Part shown: positions 42,101-55,179 of the stretch, in pieces | Numbering within the stretch: position 1 is the stretch's first letter | How the letters are laid out: each line of letters starts with the position of its first letter | Origin: Eledone cirrhosa | Lineage: Eukaryota | Assembly: GCA_964016885.1 (NCBI GenBank) | Contig: OZ024744.1 | Coordinates: forward strand, 102,982,001 to 103,046,000 | Length of the DNA: 64,000 bases | Direction: 5' to 3' | Program-made: the position numbers and the translations under genes | The notes under the pieces: model-generated | Told to the model about the DNA's origin: nothing | What the model saw: only the letters and a program-made list of their open reading frames with translations | The model's database searches: none

Positions 42101-42762
42101 CCAGCCTACTCTTTAAAGTGGTCCTGTTGCCATTAAACTAAAAATAAACAGTCTACTGTTTAAAGTGGTCCTGTTGCCATGAAACAAAAAAGTAAACAGT
42201 CTACTGTTTAAAGTGGTCCTGTTGCCGTGAAACTAAAAAGTAACCATTCCACTGTTTAAAGTGGTCCTGCTGCCATGAAACAAAAAAGTAGTCAGTCTAC
42301 TGTTTTAAGTGGTCTTGTTGCCATGAAACTAAAAGATAGTCAGTCTTCTGTTTAAAGTGGTCCTGCTGCCATGAAACTAAAAAGTAGTCAGTATACTGTT
42401 TAAAGTGGTCCTGCTGCCCTGAAACTAAAAAGTAACCAGTCCACTGTTTAAAGTGGTCCTGCTGCCATGAAACTAAAAAGTAACCAGTCTACTGCTTAAA
42501 GTAGTTCTGTTGCCATGAAACTAAAAAGCAGTCAGTCTACTGTTTAAAGTGGTCCTGTTGCCATGAAACTAAAAAGTAGTCAGTCTACTGTTTAAAGTGG
42601 TCCTGCTGCCATAAAACTAAAAAGTAACCAGTCCAGTGTTTAAAGTGGCCCTGCTGCCATGAAACTAAAAAGTAACCAGCCTATTGCTTAAAGTGGTTCT
42701 GTTGCCATGAAACTAAAAAGTAGCCAGTCTACTGTTTAAAGTGGTCCTGCTGCCATGAAACT

Positions 42763-42785
42763 AAACAGTGGAATGGTTACTTTTT
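42763..42785 (-). other. 23-bp micro-inversion within one monomer (copy 2)
   Basis: Identical to 39118-39140 and lies 3645 bp downstream of it. Confidence 0.95.
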
Positions 42786-45700
42786 AAAGTGGTCCTGCTG
42801 CCATGAAACTAAAAAGTAACCAGTTCACTGTTTAAAGTGGTCCTGCTGCCATGAAACTAAAAGGTAACCAGTTCACTATTTAAAGTGGTCCTGTTGCCAT
42901 GAAACTAAAAAGTAGTCAGTCTACTGTTTAAAGTGGTCCTGCTGCCATGAAACTAAAAAGTAGTCAGTCCACTGTTTAAAGTGGTCCTGCTGCCATGAAA
43001 CTAAAGAGTAACCAATCTACTGCTTAAAGTGGTCCTGTTGCCATGAAACTAAAAAGTAGTCAGTCTACTGTTTAAAGTGGTCCTGTTGCCATGAAACTAA
43101 AAAGTAGTCAGTCCACTGTTTAAAGTGGTCCTGCTGCCATGAAACTAAAGAGTAACCAATCTACTGCTTAAAGTGGTCCTGTTGCCATGAAACTAAAAAG
43201 TAGTCAGTCCACTGTTTAAAGTGGTCCTGCTGCCATGAAACTAAAAAGTAGTCAGTCTACTGTTTAAAGTGGTCCTGTTGCCATGAAACTAAAAAATAGT
43301 CAGTCTACTGTTTAAAGTGGTCCTGCTGCCATGAAACTAAAAAGTAACCAGTCTACTGCTTAAAGTGGTTCTGTTGCCATGAAACTAAAAAGCAGTCAGT
43401 CTACTGTTTAAAGTGGTCCTGTTGCCATGAAACTAAAAAGTAGTCAGTATACTGTTTAAAGTGGTCCTGCTGCCATAAAACTAAAAAGTAACCAGTCCAG
43501 TGTTTAAAGTGGCCCTGCTGCCATGAAACTAAAAAGTAACCAGCCTATTGCTTAAAGTGGTTCTGTTGCCATGAAACTAAAAAGTAGCCAGTCTACTGTT
43601 TAAAGTGGTCCTGCTGCCATGAAACTAAAAAGTAAGCATTCCACTGTTTAAAGTGGTCCTGCTGCCATGAAACTAAAAAGTAACCAGTCCACTGTTTAAA
43701 GTGGTCCTGCTGCCATGAAACTAAAGAGTAACCAATCTACTGCTTAAAGTGGTCCTGTTGCCATGAAACTAAAAAGTAGTCAGTCTACTGTTTAAAGTGT
43801 TCCTGTTGCCATGAAACTAAAGAGTTACCAGTCTACTGTTTAAAGTGCTCCTGCTGCCATGGAACTAAAAAGTAACCAGTCTACTGTTTAAAGTGGTCCT
43901 GCTGCCATGAAACTGAAAAGTAGTCAGTCTACTGTTTAAATTGATCCTGCTGCCATGAAACTAAAAAGTAATCAGTCTACTGTTTAAAGTGATCCTGCTG
44001 CCATGAAACTAAAAAGCAGTCAGTCCACTGTTTAAAGTGGTCCTGCTACCATGAAACTAAAGAGTAACCAGTCCATGTTTAAAGTGGTCCTGCTGAAATG
44101 AAACTAAAAAGTAGTCAGTCTACTGTTTAAAGTGGTCCTGTTGCCATGAAACTAAAAAGTAACCAGTCTACTGTTCAAAATGGTCCTGTTGCCATGAAAC
44201 TAGAAAGTAGTCAGTCTACTGTTTAAAGTGATCCTGCTGACATGAAACTAAAAAGAAGTCAGTCTACTGTTTAAAGTGGTCCTGCTGCCATGAAACTAAA
44301 AAGTAACCAGTCTACTGTTTAAAGTGATCCTGCTGCCATGAAACTAAAAATTAGTCAGTCCACTGTTTAAAGTTGTCCTGCTGCCATGAAACTAAAAAGT
44401 AGTCAGTCCACTGTTTAAAGTGGTCCTGCTACCATGAAACTAAAGAGTAACCAGTCCATGTTTAAAGTGGTCCTGCTGAAATGAAACTAAAAAGTAGTCA
44501 GTCTACTGTTTAAAGTGGTCCTGTTCCCATGAAACTAAAAAGTAACCAGTCTACTGTTCAAAGTGGTCCTGTTGCCATGAAACTAGAAAGTAGTTAGTCT
44601 ACTGTTTAAAGTGGTCTTGCTGCCATGAAACTAAGAAGTAACCAGTCCACTGTTTAAAGTGGTCCTGCTGCCATGAAACTAAAAAAGTAACCGGTCCACT
44701 GTTTAAAGTGGTCCTGCTGCCATGAAACTAAAAAGTAGTCAGTCAACTGTTTAAACTGGTCCTGCTGCCATGAAACTAAAAAGTAGTCAGTCCACTCTTT
44801 AAAGTGGCCCTGTTGCCATGAAACTAAAAAGTAGTCGGTCTACTGTTTAAAGTGGTCCTGCTGCCATGAAACTAAAAAGTAGTCAGTCTACTGTTTAAAG
44901 CAGTCTACTGTTTAAAGTGGTCCTGCTGCCATGAAACTAAAAAGTAGTCAGTCCACTGTTTAAAGTGGTCCTGCTGCCATGAAACTAAAAAGTAATCAGT
45001 CTACTGTTTAAAGTGGGCCTGCTGCCATGAAACTAAAAAGTCGTAAGTCTACTGTTTAAAGTGGTCCTGTTGCCATGAAAGTAAAAAGTAGTCAGTCTAC
45101 TGTTTAAAGTGGTCCTGCTGCCATTAAACTAAATAGTAACCAGTCTAGTGTTTAAAGTGGTCCTGTTGCCATGTAACTAAATAGTAACCAGTCTACTGTT
45201 TAAAGTGATCCTGCTGCCATGAAACTAAAAATTAGTCAGTCCGCTGTTTAAAGTTGTCCTGCTGCCATGAAAATAAAAAGTAGTCAGTCTACTGTTTAAA
45301 GTGGTCCTGCTGCCATGAAACTAAAAAGTAACCATTCTACTGTCTAAAGTGGTCCTGCTGACATGGAACTAAAAAGTAATCAGTCTACCGTTTAAAGTGG
45401 GCCTGCTGCCATGAAAGTAAAAAGTAGTCAGTCTACTGTTTAAATTGATCCTGCTGGCATGAAACTAAAAAGTAATCAGTCTACTGTTTAAAGTGGTCCT
45501 GCTGCCATGAAACTAAAAAGTAGCCAGTGTACTGTTTAAAGTGGTCCTGCTGCCATGAAACTAAAAAGTAGCCAGTGTACTGTTTAAAGTGGTCCTGCTG
45601 CCATGAAACTAAAAAGTAACCAGTCCACTGTTTAAAGTGGTCCTGCTGCCATGAAACTAAAAAAGTAACCGGTCCACTGTTTAAAGTGGTCCTGCTGCCA

Positions 45701-48700
45701 TGAAACTAAAAAGTAGTCAGTCAACTGTTTAAACTGGTCCTGCTGCCATGAAACTAAAAAGTAGTCAGTCCACTGTTTAAAGTGGTCCTGCTGCCATGAA
45801 ACTAAAAAAGTAACCGGTCCACTGTTTAAAGTGGTCCTGCTGCCATGAAACTAAAAAGTAGTCAGTCAACTGTTTAAACTGGTCCTGCTGCCATGAAACT
45901 AAAAAGTAGTCAGTCCACTGTTTAAAGTGGTCCTGCTGCCATGAAACTAAAAAGTAGTCAGTCTACTGTTTAAAGCAGTCTACTGTTTAAAGTGGTCCTG
46001 CTGCCATGAAAGTAAAAAGTAGTCAGTCCACTGTTTAAAGTGGTCCTGCTGCCATGAAACTAAAAATTAATCAGTCTACTGTTTAAAGCAGTCTACTGTT
46101 TAAAGTGGTCCTGCTGCCATGAAACTAAAAAGTAGTCAGTCCACTGTTTAAAGTGGTCCTGCTGCCATGAAACTAAAAAGTAACCAGTCTACTGCTTAAA
46201 GTGGTCCTGTTGCCATGAAACTAAAAAGTAGTCAGTGTACTGTTTAAAGTGGTCCTGCTGCCATGAAACTAAAAATTAGTCAGTCTACTGTTTAAAGTGG
46301 TCCGGTTGCCATGAAACTAAAAAGTAACCAGTCCACTGTTTAAAATGGTCCTGTTGCCATGAAACTAAAAAGTAGCCAGTGTACTGTTTAAAGTGGTCCT
46401 GCTGCCATGAAACTAAAAAGTAACCGGTCCACTGTTTAAAGTGGTCCTGCTGCCATGAAAGTAAAAAGTAGTCAGTCAACTGTTTAAACTGGTCCTGTTG
46501 CCATGAAACTAAAAAGTAACCAGTCTACTGTTCAAAGTGGTCCTGCTACCATGAAACTAAAAAGTAGTCAGTCCACTGTTTAAAGTGGCCCTGTTGCCAT
46601 GAAACTAAAAAGTAGTCGGTCTACTGTTTAAAGTGGTCCTGCTGCCATGAAACTAAAAAGTAACTATTACACTGTTTAAACTGGGCCTGTTGGCATGAAA
46701 CTAAAAAGTAACCAGTCTACTGTTCAAAGTGGTCCTGTTGCCATGAAACTAAAAAGTAGTCAGTCCACTGTTTAAAGTGGTCCTGCTGCCATGAAAATAA
46801 AAAGTAGTCAGTCCACTGTTTAAAGTGGCCCTGTTGCCTTGAAACTAAAAAGTAACCGGTCCACTGTTTAAAGTGGTCCTGCTGCCATGAAACTAAAAAT
46901 TAGTCAGTCCACTGTTTAAAGTTGTCCTGCTGCCATGAAAATAAAAAGTAGTCAGTCTACTGTTTAAAGTGGTCCTGCTGCCATGAAACTAAAAAGTAAC
47001 CATTCTACTGTCTAAAGTGGTCCTGCTGACATGGAACTAAAAAGTAATCAGTCTACCGTTTAAAGTGGGCCTGCTGCCATGAAAGTAAAAAGTAGTAAGT
47101 CTACTGTTTAAAGTGGTCCTGTTGCCATGAAAGTAAAAAGTAGTCAGTCTACTGTTTAAAGTGGTCCTGCTGCCATGAAACTAAAAAGCAACCAGTCTAT
47201 TGTTTAAAGTGCTCCTGCTGCCATGGAACTAAAAAGTAACCAGTCCACTGTTTAAAGTGGTCCTGCTGCCATGAAACTAAAAAATAGTCAGTCCACTGTT
47301 TAAACTGGTCCTGTTGCCATGAAACTAAAAAGTAACTAGTACACTGTTTAAAGTGGTCCTGCTGCCATGATACTAAAAAGTAGTCAGTCTACTGTTTAAA
47401 GTGGCCCTGCTGCCATGAAACTAAAAAATAGTCATTCCACTGTTTAAACTGGTCCTGTTGCCATGAAACTAAAAAGTAACCAGTCTGCTGTTGAAAGTGG
47501 TCCTGTTGCCATGAAACTAAAAAGTAGTCAGTCTACTGTTTAAAGTGATCCTGCTGACATGAAACTAAAAAGTAGTCAGTCTACTGTTTAACGTGGTCCT
47601 GCTGCCATGAAACTAAAAAGTAACCAGTGTACTGTTTAAAGTGGTCCTGTTGCGATGAAAGTAAAAAGTAGTCTGTCTACTATTTAAAGTGGTCCTGCGT
47701 CCATGAAACTAAAAAGTAACCAGTCTACTGTTTAAAGTGGTCCTGCTGCCATGGAACTAAAAAGTAATCAGTCTACTGTTTAAAGTGGTCCTGCTGCCAT
47801 GAAATTAAAAAGTAGTCAGTCTACTGTTTAACTGGTCCTGTTGCCATGAAACTAAAACGTAACCAGTCTACTGTTCAAAGTGGTCCTGCTGCCAAGAAAC
47901 TAAAAATTAACCGGTCCACTGTTTAAAGTGGTCCTGTTGCCATGAAACTTAAAAGTAGTCAGTCCACTGTTTAAAGTGGTCCTGCTGCCATGAAACTAAA
48001 AAGTAACCAGTTCCACTGCTTAAAGTGGGCCTGTTGCCATGAATCTAAAAAGTAAACAGTCGACTGTTTAAAGTGCTCCTGTTGCCATGAAACTAAAAAG
48101 TAAACAGTCTACTGTTTAAAGTGGTCCTGTTGCCGTTAAACTAAAAACTAACCATTCCACTGTTTAAAGTGGTCCTGCTGCCATGAAACTAGTAAGTAAC
48201 CAGTCTACTGTTTAAAGTGGTCCTGTTGCCATGAAACTTAAAAGTAGTCAGTCCACTGTTTAAAGTGGTCCTGCTGCCATGAAACTAAAAAGTAGTCAGT
48301 CTCTGGTTAAAGTGATCCTGTTGCCATGAAACTAAAAAGTAGTCAGTCCACTGTTTAAAGTGGCCCTGTTGCCATGAAACTAAAAAGTAGTCGGTCTACT
48401 GTTTAAAGTGGTCCTGCTGCCATAAAACTAAAAAGTAGTCAGTCTACTGTTTAAAGCAGTCTACTGTTTAAAGTGGTCCTGCTGCCATGAAACTAAAAAG
48501 TAGTCAGTCCACTGTTTAAAGTGGTCCTGCTGCCATGAAACTAAAAATTAGTCAGTCTACTGTTTAAAGCAGTCTACTGTTTAAAGTGGTCCTGCTGCCA
48601 TGAAACTAAAAAGTAGTCAGTCCACTGTTTAAAGTTGTCCTGCTGCCATGAAACTAAAAATTAGTCAGTCTACTGTTTAAAGTGGTCCTGCTGCCATGAA

Positions 48701-51700
48701 ACTAAAAAGTAACCAGTCTACTGTTTAAAGTGGTCCTGTTGACATGGAACTAAAAAGTAATCAGTCGACTGTTTAAAGTGGTCCTGCTGCCATGAAACTA
48801 AAATGTAGTCAGTCTACTGTTTAACTGGTCCTGTTGCCATGAAACTAAAACGTAACCAGTCTACTGTTCAAAGTAGTCCTGCTGCCAAGAAACTAAAAAT
48901 TAACCAGTCCACTATTTAAAGTGGTCCTGTTGCCATGAAACTCAAAAGTAGTCATTCCACTGTTTAAAGTGGTCCTGCTGCCATGAAACTAAAAAGTAGT
49001 CAGTCTACTGGTTAAAGTGATCCTGCTGCCATGAAACTAAAAAGTTACCAGTCTACTGTTTAAAGTGGTCCTGCTGCCATGAAACTAAAAAGTTGCCAGT
49101 GTACTGTTTAAAGTGGTCCTGCTGCCATGAAACTAAAAAGTAACCAGTCCACTGTCTAAAGTGGTCCTGCTGCCATGAAAGTAAAAATTAGTCAGTCTAC
49201 AGTTTAAAGCTGTCCTGCTGCCATGAAACTAAAAAGTAACCAGTCTACTGTTTAAAGTGGTCCTGCTTCCATGAAACTAAAAAGTTACCAGTCTACTGTT
49301 TAAAGTGGTCCTGCTGCCATGAAACTAAAAAGTAGCCAGTGTACTGTTTAAAGTGGTCCTGCTGCCATGAAACTAAAAAGTAACCAGTCCACTGTTTAAA
49401 GTGGTCCTGCTGCCATGAAACTAAAAAGTAACCGGTCCACTGTTTAAAGTGGTCCTGCTGCCATGAAAATAAAAAGTAGTCAGTCAACTGTTTAAACTGG
49501 TCCTGTTGCCATGAAACTAAAAAGTAACCAGTCTACTGTTCAAAGTGGTCCCTCTGCCATGAAACTAAAAAGTAGTCAGTCCACTGTTTAAAGTGGCCCT
49601 GTTGCCATGAAACTAAAAAGTAGTCGGTCTACTGTTTAAAGTGATCCTGCTGCCATGAAACTAAAAAGTAACTATTACACTGTTTAAACTGGTCCTGTTG
49701 CCATGAAACTAAAAAGTAACCAGTCTACTGTTCAAAGTGGTCCTGTTGCCATGAAACTAAAAAGTAGTCGGTCCACTGTTTAAAGTGGCCCTGTTGCCAT
49801 GAAACTAAAAAGTAGCCAGTCTCCTGTTTAAAGTGGTCCTGTTGCCATGATACTAAAAAGTAGTCAGTCTACTGTTTAAAGTGGTCCTGCTGCCATGAAA
49901 CTAAAAAATAGTCATTCCACTGTTTAAACTGGTCCTGTTGCCATGAAACTAAAAAGTAACCAGTCTGCTGTTGAAAGTGGTCCTGTTGCCATGAAACTAA
50001 AAAGTAGTCAGTCTACTGTTTAAAGTGATCCTGCTGACATGAAACTAAAATTAGTCAGTCTACTGTTTAACGTGGTCCTGCTGCCATGAAACTAAAAAGT
50101 AACCAGTCTACTGTTTAAAGTGGTCCTGCTGACATGGAACTAAAAAGTAATCAGTAGACTGTTTAAAGTGGGCCTGCTGCCATGAAACTAAAAAGTAGTA
50201 AGTCTACTGTTTAAAGTGGTCCTGTTGCCATGAAAGTAAAAAGTAGTCTGTCTACTATTTAAAGTGGTCCTGCGTCCATGAAACTAAAAAGTAAACAGTC
50301 TACTGTTTAAAGTGGTCCTGCTGCCATGGAACTAAAAAGTAATCAGTCTACAGTTTAAAGTGGTCCTGCTGCCATAAAACTAAAATGTAGTCAGTCTACT
50401 GTTTAACTGGTCCTGTTGCCATGAAACTAAAACGTAACCAGTCTACTGTTCAAAGTGGTCCTGCTGCCAAGAAACTAAAAATTAACCAGTCCACTGTTTA
50501 AAGTGGTCCTGTTGCCATGAAACTTAAAAGTAGTCAGTCCACTGTTTAAAGTGGTCCTGCTGCCATGAAACTAAAAAGTAGTCAGTCTACTGGTTAAAGT
50601 GATCCTGGTGCCATGAAACTAAAAAGTAGTCAGTTCACTGTTTAAACTGGTGCTGCTGCCATGAAACTAAAAAGTAACCAGTTCCACTGTTTAAAGTGGG
50701 CCTGTTGCCATGAAACTAGTAAGTAACCAGTCTACTGTTTAAAGTGGTCCTGTTGCCGTTAAACTAATAACTAACCATAACCGTTCCACTGTTTAAAGTG
50801 GTCCTGCTGCCATGAAACTAGTAAGTAACCAGTCTACTGTTTAAAGTGGTCCTGTTGCCATGAAACTTAAAAGTAGTCAGTCCACTGTTTAAAGTGGTCC
50901 TGCTGCCATGATACTAAAAAGTAGTCAGTCTACTGGTTAAAGTGATCCTGTTGCCATGAAACTAAAAAGTAGTCAGTCCACTGTTTAAAGTGGCCCTGTT
51001 GCCATGAAACTAAAATGTAGTCGGTCTACTGTTTAAAGTGGTCCTGCTGCCATGAAACTAAAAAGTAGTCAGTCTACTGTTTAAAGCAGTCTACTGTTTA
51101 AATTGGTCCTGCTGCCATGAAACTAAAAAGTAGTCAGTCCACTGTTTAAAGTGGTCCTGCTGCCATGAAACTAAAAATTAGTCAGTCTACTGTTTAAAGC
51201 AGTCTACTGTTTAAAGTGGTCCTGCTGCCATGAAACTAAAAAGTAGTCAGTCCACTGTTTAAAGTTGTCCTGCTGCCATGAAACTAAAAATTAGTCAGTC
51301 TACTGTTTAAAGTGGTCCTGCTGCCATGAAACTAAAAAGTAACCAGTCTACTGTTTAAAGTGGTCCTGCTGATATGGAACTAAAAAGTAATCAGTCGACT
51401 GTTTAAAGTGGGCCTGCTGCCATGAAACTAAAAAGTAGTAAGTCTACTGTTTAAAGTGGTCCTGTTGCCATGAAAGTAAAAAGTAGTCTGTCTACTATTT
51501 AAAGTGGTCCTGCGTCCATGAAACTAAAAAGTAACCAGTCTACTGTTTAAAGTGGTACTGCTGCCATGGAACTAAAAAGTAATCAGTCTACTGTTTAAAG
51601 TGGTCCTGCTGCCATGAAACTAAAATGTAGTCAGTCTACTGTTTAACTGGTCCTGTTGCCATGAAACTAAAACGTAACCAGTCTACTGTTCAAAGTGGTC

Positions 51701-54700
51701 CTGCTGCCAAGAAACTAAAAATTAACCAGTCCACTGTTTAAAGTGGTCCTGTTGCCATGAAACTTAAAAGTAGTCAGTCCACTGTTTAAAGTGGTCCTGC
51801 TGCCATGAAACTAAAAAGTAGTCAGTCTACTAGTTAAAGTGATCCTGCTGCCATGAAACTAAAAAGTAGTCAGTCCACTGTTTAAATTTGTCCTGCTGCC
51901 ATGAAACTAAAAAGTAGTCAGTCTACTGTTTAAAGTGGTCCTGCTGCCATGAAACTAAAACGTAAGCAGTCTACTGTTTAAAGTGGTCCTGCTGACATGG
52001 AACTAAAAAGTAATCAGACTACTGTTTAAAGTGGGCCTGCTGCCATGAAAGTAAAAAGTAGTAAGTCTACTGTTTAAAGTGGTCCTGTTGCCATGAAAGT
52101 AAAAAGTAGTCAGTCTACTGTTTAAAGTTGTCCTGCTGCCATGAAACTAAAAAGTTACCAGTCTACTGTTTAAAGTGGTCCTGCTTCCATGAAACTAAAA
52201 AGTTACCAGTCTACTGCTTAAAGTGGTCCTGCTGCCATGGAACTAAAAAGTAGTCAGTGTACTGTTTAAAGTGGTCCTGCTGCCATGAAACTAAAAATTA
52301 GTCAGTCTACTGTTTAAAGTGGTCCTGTTGCCATGAAACTAAAAAGTAACCAGTCCACTGTTTAAAATGGTCCTGTTGCCATGAAACTAAAAAATAGCCA
52401 GTGTACTGTTTAAAGTGGTCCTGCTGCCATGAAACTAAAAAGTAACCAGTCCACTGTTTAAAGTGGTCCTGCTGCCATGAAACTAAAAAGTAACCGGTCC
52501 ACTGTTTAAAGTGGTCCTGCTGCCATGAAAATAAAAAGTAGTCAGTCAACTGTTTAACTGGTCCTGTTGGCATGAAACTAAAAAGTAACCAGTCTACTGT
52601 TCAAAGTGGTCCTGTTGCCATGAAACTAAAAAGTAGTCAGTCCACTGTTTAAAGTGGCCCTGTTGCCATGAAACTAAATTTAGTCAGTCTACTGTTTAAA
52701 GTGGTCCTGTTGCCATGAAACTAAAAAGTAACTAGTACACTGTTTAAAGTGGTCCTGCTGCCATGATACTAAAAAGTAGTCAGTCTACTGTTTAAAGTGG
52801 TCCTGCTGCCATGAAACTAAAACATAGTCATTCCACTGTTTAAACTGGTCCTGTTGCCTTGAAACTAAAAAGTAACCAGTCTGCTGTTGAAAGTGGTCCT
52901 GTTGCCATGAAACTAAAAAGTAGTCAGTCTACTGTTTAACGTGGTCCTGCTGCCATGAAACTAAAAAGTAACCAGACTACTGTTTAAAGCTATCCTGCTG
53001 CCATGAAACTAAAAAGTAGTCAGTCCACTGTTTAAAGTTGTCCTGCTGCCATGAAACTAAAATTTAGTAAGTCTACTGTTTAAAGTGGTCCTGCTGCCAT
53101 GAAACTAAAAAGTAACCAGTCTACTGTTTAAAGTGGTCCTGCTGACATGGAACTAAAAAGTAATCAGTCGACTGTTTAAAGTGGGCCTGCTGCCATGAAA
53201 CTAAAAAGTAGTAAGTCTACTGTTTAAAGTGGTCCTGTTGCCATGAAAGTAAAAAGTAGTCTGTCTACTATTTAAAGTGGTCCTGCGTCCATGAAACTAA
53301 AAAGTAAGCAGTCTACTGTTTAAAGTGGTCCTGCTGCCATGGAACTAAAAAGTAATCAGTCTACTGTTTAAAGTGGTCCTGCTGCCATAAAACTAAAATG
53401 TAGTCAGTCTACTGTTTAACGTGGTCCTGCTGCCATGAAACTAAAAAGTAACCAGTCTACTGTTTAAAGTGATCCTGCTGCCATGAAACTAAAAAGTAGT
53501 CAGTCCACTGTTTAAAGTTGTCCTGCTGCCATGAAACTAAAAATTAGTCAGTCTACTGTTTAAAGTGGTCCTGCTGCCATGAAAGTTAAAAGTAGTCAGT
53601 CCACTGTTTAAAGTGGTCCTGCTGCCATGAAACTAAAAAGTAGTCAGTCTACTGGTTAAAGTGATCCTGTTGCCATGAAACTAAAAAGTAGTCAGTTCAC
53701 TGTTTATACTGGTGCTGCTGCCATGAAACTAAAAAGTAACCAGTTCCACTGTTTAAAGTGGGCCTGTTGCCATGAAACTAAAAAGTAAACAGTCGACTGT
53801 TTAAAGTGGTCCTGTTGCCATGAAACTAAAAAGTAAACAGTCTACTGTTTAAAGTGGTCCTGTAGCCGTTAAACTAAAAACTAACCTATAACCATTCCAC
53901 TGTTTAAAGTGGTCCTGCTGCCATGAAACTAGTAAGTAACAGTCTACTGTTTAAAGTGGTCCTGTTTCCATGAAACTTAAAAGTAGTCAGTCCACTGTTT
54001 AAAGTGGTCCTGCTGCCATGAAACTAAAAAGTAGTCAGTCTACTGGTTAAAGTGATCCTGTTGGCATGGAACTAAAAAGTAGTCAGTCCACTGTTTAAAG
54101 TGGCCCTGTTGCCATGAAACTAAAAATTAGTCGGTCTACTGTTTAAAGTGGTCCTGCTGCCATGAAACTAAAAAGTAGTCAGTCTACTGTTTAAAGCAGT
54201 CTACTGTTTAAAGTGGTCCTGCTGCCATGAAACTAAAAAGTAACCGGTCCACTGTTTAAAGTGGTCCTGCTGCCATGGAACTAAAAAGTAGTCAGTCTAC
54301 TGTTTAAAGTGGTCCTGCTGCCATGAAACTAAAAAGTAACTATTACACTGTTTAAACTGGTCCTGTTGCCATGAAACTAAAAAGTAGTCAGTCCACTGTT
54401 TAAAGTGGTCCTGCTGCCATGGAACTAAAAAGTAGTCAGTCTACTGTTTAAAGTGGTCCTGCTGCCATGAAACTAAAAAGTAACTATTACACTGTTTAAA
54501 CTGGTCCTGTTGCCATGAAACTAAAAAGTAACCAGTCTACTGTTCAAAGTGGTCCTGTTGCCATGAAACTAAAAAGTAGTCAGTCCACTGTTTAAAGTGG
54601 CCCTGTTGCCATGAAACTAAAAAGTAGTCAGTCTACTGTTTAAAGTGGTCCTGTTGCCATGAAACTAAAAAGTAAATAGTACACTGTTTAAAGTGGTCCT

Positions 54701-55179
54701 GCTGCCATGATACTAAAAAGTAGTCAGTCTACTGTTTAAAGTGGTCCTGCTGCCATGAAACTAAAACATAGTCATTCCACTGTTTAAACTGGTCCTGTTG
54801 CCTTTAAACTAAAAAGTAACCAGTCTGCTGTTGAAAGTGGTCCTGCTGCCATGACATTAAATGTAGTCAGTCTACTGTTTAACTGGTCCTGTTGCCATGA
54901 AACTAAAACGTAACCAGTCTACTGTTCAAAGTGGTCCTGCTGCCAAGAAACTAAAAAGTAGTCAGTCCACTGTTTAAACTGGTCCTGTTGCCAAGAAACT
55001 AAAAAGTAAACAGTCTGCTGTTTAAAGTGGGCCTGCTGCCATGAAAGTAAAAAGTAGTAAGTCTACTCTTTAAAGTGGTCCTGTTGCCATGAAAGTAAAA
55101 AGTAGTCAGTATACTGTTTAAAGTTGTCCTGTTGCCATGAAACTAAAAAGTAACCAGACCACTGTTTAAATTGGTCCTG

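Larger units (their letters stand above)
35700..43005. repeat. Near-identical tandem block duplication, 2 x 3645 bp (about 76 monomers)
   Basis: Markers at a constant 3645-bp offset: CCAGGCT 36154/39799, TTCCTGATA 37566/41211, micro-inversion 39118/42763, AAAGTAAAAAG 35756/39401. Confidence 0.9.
1..43790. repeat. Satellite sub-family domain A (left)
   Basis: Rich in the variants TAGAAAG..AGCCTACTCTTT, CAGTCTTCTG, CAGTATACTG, CTACTGCTTAAAG, AAAAGCAGTC and GTACTGTTGCAATG. These are absent or rare to the right of about 43.8 kb. The boundary is approximate. Confidence 0.8.

Noticed and set aside
39118-42785. Inverted segments as a recombinase-controlled switch (shufflon/invertible element) or transposon ends
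   Set aside because: The arms are only 4 bp, no recombinase is present, and the two copies are identical by descent through the 3645-bp duplication. A single mutational event explains them.
46285-52573. Three minus-strand ORFs of 64-88 aa in domain B
   Set aside because: Same stop-codon polymorphism artefact. The other five frames have a stop in nearly every monomer.
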